The notes below the pieces were generated by a model, which saw nothing but the letters and a program-made list of their open reading frames with translations, did not search any database and was not told the DNA's origin. Shown here one piece after another: positions 1-6,514 of a stretch of 37,983 nucleotides of DNA (position 1 is the first letter of the stretch; the number at the start of each line of letters is the position of its first letter). The DNA comes from Acutalibacteraceae bacterium (GTDB lineage: Bacteria; Bacillota; Clostridia; Oscillospirales; Acutalibacteraceae): positions 1-37,983 of the forward strand of contig JAXJRE010000289.1 of NCBI GenBank assembly GCA_036310785.1, in the 5' to 3' direction. The translations under genes were made by a program, and so were the position numbers.

Positions 1-11
1 ACAATCCCTCA

Positions 12-45
12 GTCAGCTTCGCTGACAGCTCCCTTGCAAGGGAGC
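12..45. repeat. Pair of GC-rich hairpins: GTCAGC-ttc-GCTGAC at 12-26 and a perfect 18-bp palindrome GCTCCCTTGCAAGGGAGC at 28-45. This is a REP-like extragenic element or the tail of a feature lying left of the window.
   Basis: Read directly from the sequence. It is followed by an A-run (47-52), not a T-run, so it is not a canonical + strand intrinsic terminator. Confidence 0.5.
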
Positions 46-78
46 CAAAAAATTTCAGCAAGATTTGAAATGATACGG

Positions 79-188
79 TCTAAAATCTAACATCTAAAAT
101 CTAATGTCTGCTTTTGCACCTCATCCGCCTCGTCCCTCGGCACCTTCCCCAAATTAGATATTAGATTTTAGACGTTAGACCTTAGACG
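79..188. repeat. Inverted arrays of 7-bp-period repeats. TCTAAnn x4 starts at 79, 86, 93 and 100, with a degenerate TCTG at 107. TTAGAnn x5 starts at 154, 161, 168, 175 and 182. They flank a 43-nt GC-rich spacer (111-153).
   Basis: Direct reading. The reverse complement of the right arm matches the left arm at about 28 of 33 positions. The function is unknown. Confidence 0.8.
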
Positions 189-253
189 TGGAACTTTTAA
201 AGCTTGAAAAATCAGAAATCATTTTTTAGAAAATCTCAAAATCCTCTTTTCCC

Positions 254-281
254 TTGCAACATTTTTTATTTGTGATATAAT
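254..281 (+). promoter_or_regulatory. Sigma-A-type promoter: TTGCAA (254-259), 16-nt spacer, TG-extended TATAAT (276-281)
   Basis: Hexamer match and spacing. The -10 overlaps the first ATG of the tracked ORF (280), which argues for the downstream start at 310. Confidence 0.5.
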
Positions 282-309
282 GGTTGAAAATGTTTTTTCG
301 GAGGATTTT

Positions 310-1008
310 ATGTCGGGCAAAAAAATTACACTTCATTCGGAATTTACATATGCCGCATCAATTATTCTGCTGTCCTTTGCTGTCGCGATGGTAAGCGCCG
401 CCGATTTCGGCGTTTCAATGATTGTTGCGCCGGCTTACATAATCAGCCAAAAGCTGAGCTTTCTGTCGTTCGGTCAGGGTGAATATCTTGTTCAAAGCAT
501 ATTGTTTATTGTTTTCTGCATACTGATGAAAAAGGTGAAGCTTGTTTATTTCAGCTCGTTTGCAACCTGTCTTATTTACGGAGCTGTGCTTGACCTGTGG
601 CGAAAGGTGATTCCCGTTCTTAATCCGGAGCTTACGGCTCCCGGTTCAATGGCAATGTGGCTTCGCATAGTTCTCTTTGCCGTAGGAATGTTGCTGACCT
701 CGTTTTCCGTTATGCTCTGCTACAAGACCTATCTGTATCCGCAGGTGTACGATTTCTTTGTTAAAGGAGTAAGTGAAAAATACAACAGAGACAGGACTAA
801 GTTCAAGATTGCCTTTGATTTCAGCTGTCTTGCCCTGTCATGCATACTCACCTTTGCTTTTTTCAGGAAATTGGTGGGAGTTGGAGTCGGCACACTCATT
901 ATGACGGCTCTCAACGGATTTATTATCGGCTTTTTCGACAGGCTTTTTGATAAATATGTTGATCTCAAGCCTCTTTTTCCGAAATTTGCCGCAAAGTTTG
1001 ATTTATAA
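310..1008 (+). CDS. Polytopic integral membrane protein, YczE/YitT-like (DUF6198-like); function unknown
   Basis: ORF 280..1008 is very hydrophobic with multiple predicted TM helices. I chose the start at ATG 310 because GGAGG (299-303) lies 6 nt upstream and the promoter -10 covers ATG 280. Confidence 0.6.
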   Translation: MSGKKITLHSEFTYAASIILLSFAVAMVSAADFGVSMIVAPAYIISQKLSFLSFGQGEYLVQSILFIVFCILMKKVKLVYFSSFATCLIYGAVLDLWRKVIPVLNPELTAPGSMAMWLRIVLFAVGMLLTSFSVMLCYKTYLYPQVYDFFVKGVSEKYNRDRTKFKIAFDFSCLALSCILTFAFFRKLVGVGVGTLIMTALNGFIIGFFDRLFDKYVDLKPLFPKFAAKFDL

Positions 1009-1130
1009 AATCGTTATAAAGAATTAACAAATAATTCACTTGAAATTACGGCTGAAATGTTGTATGCTTATATCACAGGGAAATGATGATTATGAATTGT
1101 TTTCTCAGATACATACGGAGGTATAATACT

Positions 1131-2042
1131 ATGAAAAAAGGTTTATGTATAGTTCTTTCGGCACTTATGATTGCCGTTTCCTTTGCCGCCTGCGGTAAAA
1201 AGATTGTCAACGAAAACACTACTACCAAGGTTGATGAAAACGGCTCTGCTTACGTCGAGGTCACCGATAAGGACGGAAAAACAGTTACCTCAGTCCTTTC
1301 CGATAAGGAAAAATCAGAGGTCGAAAAGCAGGCTGAAAAGAGCAACGCAAAGACAACGACGATGGCTGCTTCCGAAGCTATGTCGAAAATCGAGCAGGAG
1401 ATGTCCGGTCTGACCGACTTCAGCGAGGACGACCTCAAATCCAACGAGGAGGATCTTGTTGACAAGGGTACGGAAATCAAGAAAACAACCCTGCGTGACG
1501 ATGTAATCGTCAAGGCATTGGAGTCCGGAAAGTTCACCCTTAATATGACGCTTAAAGCGGCTTCAAATGCCGACACACCGGTTGTACTTGTCAGCAACGG
1601 CAAAAAAATTGCCGCAGATATGACGATGAACGGCTCTAAAGTCCGAATGATTATTGATGATGACGGAGTATATGTTGTTCTCCCGACCGCAAAAATGTAT
1701 GTTAAGATGTCCTCCGACGAGATCGGCAATATGGATGAGCTGAAAAATATTGCAAGCTCCGACGGAACATATGTCGGCTCAACAAAGGTTAAGATCAACG
1801 GTGAGGATCACACCTGCGAGGAATACAAATCCTCAGACGGAACTGTAATCAAATATTATTTCAACAGCAAAAATGAGTGGAAGCGTATGGAGGTTATCAC
1901 CGAGGACGAGGTTGCGATCTATGAGATTTCTTCTTTCTCCAACAAGGCTGACGAGAGCATTTTCTCACTCAAGGGCTATACAGATATATCGCCTCTGCTC
2001 GGACAGCTCGATACGGTAACAACAACCACTAAGAAAAAGTAA
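1131..2042 (+). CDS. Secreted lipoprotein of unknown function
   Basis: The signal peptide MKKGLCIVLSALMIAVSFAACGKK has a lipobox Cys. GGAGG lies about 10 nt upstream of ATG 1131. The tracked start at 1083 adds an implausible N-terminal extension. Confidence 0.7.
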   Translation: MKKGLCIVLSALMIAVSFAACGKKIVNENTTTKVDENGSAYVEVTDKDGKTVTSVLSDKEKSEVEKQAEKSNAKTTTMAASEAMSKIEQEMSGLTDFSEDDLKSNEEDLVDKGTEIKKTTLRDDVIVKALESGKFTLNMTLKAASNADTPVVLVSNGKKIAADMTMNGSKVRMIIDDDGVYVVLPTAKMYVKMSSDEIGNMDELKNIASSDGTYVGSTKVKINGEDHTCEEYKSSDGTVIKYYFNSKNEWKRMEVITEDEVAIYEISSFSNKADESIFSLKGYTDISPLLGQLDTVTTTTKKK

Positions 2043-2770
2043 TGAGAAACGTACTTATAACAGGCTCTGCGAGGGGTATCGGCGCACAGACGGCGAAGCT
2101 CTTTGCCGCAGAGGGATATAATGTAATCGTAAATTACAACACAAGTGAAAAAGAGGCCGCTGAGACTTGTCGTGAGATAAGGCTCGGCGGCGGCAATTCT
2201 GTAATGATACAGGCGGATGTTTCCAAGCGAAGCGAAGCAGAAAGACTTTTTGCCGAAGCTAAGAGGGAGTTCGGAGCGATTGATACGCTTGTGAATAATG
2301 CAGGCATAGCGCAGATCAAGCTTTTCACCGATGTCACCGATGATGACTACGACAGAATGTTTGACTGCAATGTCAGGAGTGTTTTTAACTGCTGTCAGCT
2401 TGCTCTGCCCGATATGATACACAATAAATTCGGCAGGATAATCAACGTGTCCTCTATGTGGGGATTTGCGGGAGCGTCCTGCGAGGTTATCTATTCGGCG
2501 TCAAAATCGGCGGTAATCGGCTTTACCAAGGCTTTGGCAAGGGAGGTTGCTCCGTCGGGAATTACGGTGAATGCGGTCGCACCCGGAGTTATCGACACCC
2601 CGATGAACGGCGGCTTTGACAGAGAAACTGTAAACACGCTCGTGGAGGAAACTCCCGTGGGCAGGCTCGGCACACCCGAAGATGTGGCAAGGGCGATTTT
2701 TTTCATTGCCGATGAAAAATCGGGATTTATCACCGCCCAAACGCTGGGCATTGACGGAGGATTTATTTAA
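2042..2770 (+). CDS. Short-chain dehydrogenase/reductase (FabG-like SDR oxidoreductase)
   Basis: Motifs TGSARGIG (cofactor binding), NNAG and the catalytic YSASK. The ATG overlaps the TAA stop of the lipoprotein gene by 1 nt. Confidence 0.85.
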   Translation: MRNVLITGSARGIGAQTAKLFAAEGYNVIVNYNTSEKEAAETCREIRLGGGNSVMIQADVSKRSEAERLFAEAKREFGAIDTLVNNAGIAQIKLFTDVTDDDYDRMFDCNVRSVFNCCQLALPDMIHNKFGRIINVSSMWGFAGASCEVIYSASKSAVIGFTKALAREVAPSGITVNAVAPGVIDTPMNGGFDRETVNTLVEETPVGRLGTPEDVARAIFFIADEKSGFITAQTLGIDGGFI

Positions 2771-2805
2771 GTTTACGTTTTTATACATTTTGTAGAAAAA
2801 GATTC

Positions 2806-2834
2806 TTGATTTTATTGTTAATATGTGTTAGAAT
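2806..2834 (+). promoter_or_regulatory. Sigma-A-type promoter: TTGATT, 17-nt spacer, TG-extended TAGAAT
   Basis: Hexamers at 2806-2811 and 2829-2834, with TGT immediately upstream of the -10. The promoter lies 30 nt upstream of the start at 2864, which is preceded by GGGAGG. Confidence 0.55.
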
Positions 2835-2863
2835 ATCCCATATACTAAAAGGGAGGAATCCTA

Positions 2864-3694
2864 ATGGCTGTTTGTCCTAAATGCGGCAGAAAACTTAAAC
2901 TCACCGATATCAAGCCGACTTGTCCGGGCTGCGGTGTTAATTTGCTTTATTACAAGATTGAAGAAAGACTTGAGGTTGACGCTATCAACGCTGAGCTGGA
3001 GCACGCAAAAACTCAGAAAAGAGTTGACCGTGCCAAGGATGCGATTTTCGGAACACCTCTTGCAATAGTCAGAATGGTGCTTCTTGTGCTCGTTGTCGGA
3101 ATGTTCTTTGTTCCGCTTGCAACGTTCCATGCGGTAGGCCCTTATTTTGACAATACTTCAACTTTGAACGCACTTGAGATTTACAATGCTGTTTCTTCGA
3201 TCGACTTTGACGGTATGATGGTGCTTGCAGGCTCTCCCGTACTTAAATCAAGTATGATGTTCCTTGCAATCTCCGGTGTAACAATCATTGTTTCCGTGTT
3301 CTGCGCTCTGCTTGAGCTGATCTTCAGCTTCCTTTCAAGCTCGCCTCACGGTTTTTCGAGAAACATTATCTTAGCTTCTCTCGGAATCGTATCCGCAGTT
3401 GCTTCTCTCATTACATACAACAAGTTCCTTGCAAGTATTCAGGAGGCTCTCGGCGGACTTGTAACAGGCTCTGTTAAGGTCGGTATTTACCTTGTTATTG
3501 CGGCATTTGTGCTTTGCATTGTTATTAACATTATCATCAAGGTAAAGAAATCTCCCGTTAAGTACACCCAGTCATATGTTGACAGCGTTCCCTATGAGGA
3601 GTTTGTCGAGCACTTCGGTGACAAGAAGTACGATATGGCGTCTCTTGAGGCAATCAAGGATGAAATGCAGAAGTACAAGGTTGTGGAGGAATAA
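2864..3694 (+). CDS. Membrane protein with an N-terminal zinc ribbon (CPKCG...CPGCG); function unknown
   Basis: Two CxxC pairs lie in the first 25 aa, followed by about 5 hydrophobic helices and an acidic C-terminal tail. Confidence 0.6.
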   Translation: MAVCPKCGRKLKLTDIKPTCPGCGVNLLYYKIEERLEVDAINAELEHAKTQKRVDRAKDAIFGTPLAIVRMVLLVLVVGMFFVPLATFHAVGPYFDNTSTLNALEIYNAVSSIDFDGMMVLAGSPVLKSSMMFLAISGVTIIVSVFCALLELIFSFLSSSPHGFSRNIILASLGIVSAVASLITYNKFLASIQEALGGLVTGSVKVGIYLVIAAFVLCIVINIIIKVKKSPVKYTQSYVDSVPYEEFVEHFGDKKYDMASLEAIKDEMQKYKVVEE

Positions 3695-3723
3695 TCCTTC
3701 CGCTTTCCTAAAAGCATAAAAAT

Positions 3724-3779
3724 AACGGTTATAAAGTTTCCAAGCGTTTTGCTTCGGACTTTATAACCGTTTTTGTTTT
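3724..3779. terminator. Bidirectional intrinsic terminator between convergent genes
   Basis: A 14-bp perfect stem, AACGGTTATAAAGT (3724-3737) / ACTTTATAACCGTT (3758-3771), has a T-run on the + strand (3771-3779) and an A-run upstream. Confidence 0.75.
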
Positions 3780-4653
3780 ATTTCTTGAGCTTTACAAGGT
3801 CACGGTAGCTGATAAGCTTAATGTTGTGCTCGTCAAATGCCTTGTAAATATCGGGATCCTTCATTATGAGATATTCCCAGTAGCGTCTTTCCCATCTGCC
3901 TGTAATCGCTTTCATCTCGTCGGTCGGGAGGGCAGGGTGTATGTAAGTCTCGCAGAAGCCGTCGGGAATGGCGGTGAGGTAGTCGATGAAGTTCTTTTTA
4001 AACTCATCGTATGAGTCGCCGCTCTCGATGCTTTCGGGGAAGATCAGGTAGTCGGGCATTATAACATTGTTAATCTTGCCGAACATACCCGAGAAAATGC
4101 AGGCCGCCTTGAAAAGCCACATAGGTGTACCCTTTGGACACTGAGATTCAAGCGGCTTTGAAAACATACGGAAAGGATAACCCTTCTTGCCGCAGATGGC
4201 AAGCGTTTTCGGAAGCATTTTCAGCTTGCCGTTAAGTCCGTAAAGTGCGCCCATGTGTGAATCAACGTGCGAGGGCTTCATGCCCTTTTTCTCGCAGTAT
4301 TCGATCTGAGCCAAGGTCTCGGCACAGGCTTCGTCGTATGTGCAGTGAGCTTCAAAATCCTCGCTTTCGGGCCACATTCTGCCCTCGGGAGTTCTGATGC
4401 TCTTGCCGTCCGTGAGAGGTCCCCACGGGAAACGGTCCTTCCACTCGTTGGTGTGTGTCAGGTGTACGCCGATTGCGTATTGCGGATGATTTTTTGCAAA
4501 TTCGATTGCTTCGTCTGCGCCGGGGCAGGGAGTCATGATTGTAGAGGAAAGAAGATTTCCGCTTTCAAAAAGCTCCATGCAGGCTTCGTTTGCCGAATGG
4601 CAAAGTCCGAAGTCGTCGGCGTTTATAATAAGATATTTACTGATAATTATCAC
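3778..4653 (-). CDS. ChbG/YdjC-family carbohydrate deacetylase
   Basis: The N-terminal IINADDFGL motif and conserved His residues are typical of the YdjC family. The exact start is uncertain because AGGAG overlaps the tracked GTG (see findings). Confidence 0.8.
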   Translation of the reverse strand: MIIISKYLIINADDFGLCHSANEACMELFESGNLLSSTIMTPCPGADEAIEFAKNHPQYAIGVHLTHTNEWKDRFPWGPLTDGKSIRTPEGRMWPESEDFEAHCTYDEACAETLAQIEYCEKKGMKPSHVDSHMGALYGLNGKLKMLPKTLAICGKKGYPFRMFSKPLESQCPKGTPMWLFKAACIFSGMFGKINNVIMPDYLIFPESIESGDSYDEFKKNFIDYLTAIPDGFCETYIHPALPTDEMKAITGRWERRYWEYLIMKDPDIYKAFDEHNIKLISYRDLVKLKK

Positions 4654-4746
4654 TCCTGTTTTTTATCCGCAGAAACGGATTACGTGGATACATATATATT
4701 ACTATATCGTACCGAAAAAAGCAAGCACTTTAAATATACAAACTGC

Positions 4747-4775
4747 TTGAAAAATACAAACTCTTAATATATAAT
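4747..4775 (+). promoter_or_regulatory. Sigma-A-type promoter: TTGAAA, 17-nt spacer, TATAAT
   Basis: Hexamers at 4747-4752 and 4770-4775. Confidence 0.6.
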
Positions 4776-4799
4776 TTTAATATAGAAAGGGTGGTTACC

Positions 4800-5723
4800 G
4801 TGAAAAAATATGATATCACCGCCCTCGGTGAAATTCTGATAGATTTCGTACCGGACGGGACGGACGCAGACGGGGATATGCGCTTTATCCGAAAAGCGGG
4901 CGGTGCTCCGCTTAACTTCCTTGCAACGGCGGCAAAGGCAGGGCTGAACACCGCATTTATCGGCAGAGTCGGCAACGATCTTTTGGGTGATTTTCTGATT
5001 GAAACGGTAAGAAAATGCGGAGTTGAGGACGCTTATATTCAAAGGGACGGTCTGCATAACACCACGCTTGCCTTTGTCGAGCTTGACAAAAAGGGTGACC
5101 GTAATTTCAGCTTTTACAGGACGTTCGGAGCGGACAGATTTATTTCTGCCGAGGATATTGACGTAAGCCTTATCGGAAATTCAAGGGTTTTCCATTTCGG
5201 CTCTCTTTCCTTGACAGACGAGCCGTCCTATTCCGCAACAAAGCTTGCCGTCAGAACAGCAAAGGAAAAGGGCTGTACCGTTACATATGATCCCAATTAC
5301 AGACCGCCCTTGTGGAAAAATTCCGAAACGGCGGAGGAACGAATGGCGGAGCTGATTCCCTTTGCCGATATTGTCAAGCTTTCCGTTGAGGAGCTTGAAA
5401 TCATAACGGACGGCGGAGGAGCCGACAGCCTTTTTGAAAGGGGAGTAAGGCTTGCTCTTGTCACCGACGGCGAAAAGGGCGCAGACGTTTTCTTCAAGGG
5501 TGAACATTGTCACATTCCGTCCGTTGAGACGAAAACCGTTGATACAACGGGAGCAGGTGATATCTTCTTCGGCACATTTGTCAGCGAGTTTGTCAAAAGC
5601 GGAAAAAGTCTTGGTGAGCTGACATTTGAAAATGCCGTGGATTTCACTAAAAAAGCAGTATTGATATCGGGTAAAAGCACGGAAAAACACGGTGCAATAG
5701 CTTCTATCCCGGATATGATCTGA
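4800..5723 (+). CDS. PfkB-family carbohydrate kinase, fructokinase-like
   Basis: N-terminal ALGEILIDF and C-terminal DTTGAGD motifs of the ribokinase/PfkB family. I prefer GTG 4800 over GTG 4791 because AAGGGTGG (4787-4794) would then serve as the RBS. Confidence 0.8.
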   Translation: MKKYDITALGEILIDFVPDGTDADGDMRFIRKAGGAPLNFLATAAKAGLNTAFIGRVGNDLLGDFLIETVRKCGVEDAYIQRDGLHNTTLAFVELDKKGDRNFSFYRTFGADRFISAEDIDVSLIGNSRVFHFGSLSLTDEPSYSATKLAVRTAKEKGCTVTYDPNYRPPLWKNSETAEERMAELIPFADIVKLSVEELEIITDGGGADSLFERGVRLALVTDGEKGADVFFKGEHCHIPSVETKTVDTTGAGDIFFGTFVSEFVKSGKSLGELTFENAVDFTKKAVLISGKSTEKHGAIASIPDMI

Positions 5724-5816
5724 TTATTTTATATGCAAAATGAATGTTCCGTCAGGGGTATATCGATAAATGCAATACCGATATGAGAAAGAGGCAATTC
5801 CCAAAACGAGAAAACT

Positions 5817-5834
5817 TTGATAAAATAATAACAA
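5817..5834 (+). promoter_or_regulatory. Candidate Rex operator TTGATAA-AATA-ATAACAA overlapping a TG-extended -10 (TAAAAT, 5821-5826)
   Basis: It matches 12 of 14 positions of the clostridial Rex consensus TTGTTAA-N4-TTAACAA. It lies 37 nt upstream of the rex start. Confidence 0.5.
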
Positions 5835-5870
5835 TCAAAGGAACGGAATGCGTTCACGGGAGGTGTCATC

Positions 5871-6485
5871 TTGAAAGAGACGGAGATATCACGGCCGGCA
5901 CTCGGCAGGATACCGATGTATCTGAGGTTTCTCAAAGGTCTGCCGCCGAGTATGCAGAATATTTCCTCGACGGTGATCGCCAAGGAGCTGGGACTCGGAG
6001 AGGTTCAGGTGCGAAAGGATCTCGGTGCTCTGTGCGGTTCGGGCAAACCGAAAGTCGGATATCAGCGCAGTGAGCTTATTGAAAGCCTGCAAACCTTTAT
6101 GACGGGCGAAAAGGTAAACGCAGTCATCGTCGGTGCAGGCAGGCTCGGAAAGGCTCTGCTTGATTACACCGGGTTTGAGGATTTCGGTATTTCGGTGCTC
6201 TCGGCTTTTGACGAGAAAATCCATGAGGACAACCTGTCCGAGGGAGGAAAACCGATATTGCCGATGACGGAATTTTCCGAATTTTGCAGTAAAAACAATG
6301 TCGGAATCGGAATTATCGCCGTCCCGTCGGAGGTCGCTCAGTCGGTGTGCAACATTCTCTATGAGAACGGTATTCGCCTGATGTGGTGCTTTGCACCGTG
6401 TCAGCTTTATAAGCCGGCAGACGCAGTTATACAGTATGAAAACCTTGCGCTGTCGCTTGCACATTTGAAAATGCAGATAAAATAA
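5871..6485 (+). CDS. rex: Redox-sensing transcriptional repressor Rex
   Basis: A winged-helix N-terminus (RIPMYLRFL, ISSTVIAKELG) plus a Rossmann GAGRLG motif. It has a TTG start with GGGAGG upstream. Confidence 0.9.
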   Translation: MKETEISRPALGRIPMYLRFLKGLPPSMQNISSTVIAKELGLGEVQVRKDLGALCGSGKPKVGYQRSELIESLQTFMTGEKVNAVIVGAGRLGKALLDYTGFEDFGISVLSAFDEKIHEDNLSEGGKPILPMTEFSEFCSKNNVGIGIIAVPSEVAQSVCNILYENGIRLMWCFAPCQLYKPADAVIQYENLALSLAHLKMQIK

Positions 6486-6514
6486 TCAGTAATTAGAAAC
6501 CGGGAGGTTAAGAT

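Noticed and set aside
79-188. Possibility that the short regular repeats at the left edge are a CRISPR array or a tandem-repeat (VNTR) locus
   Set aside because: The period is 7 bp with no spacers. The two blocks are inverted relative to each other and no cas genes are nearby. This is not CRISPR-like. It is reported instead as an inverted heptamer array.
1013-1030. Sequence GTTATAA-AGAA-TTAACAA with one perfect clostridial Rex half-site, upstream of the lipoprotein/SDR genes
   Set aside because: Only 11 of 14 positions match and the left half-site is poor. This is AT-rich intergenic DNA, so the evidence is insufficient.
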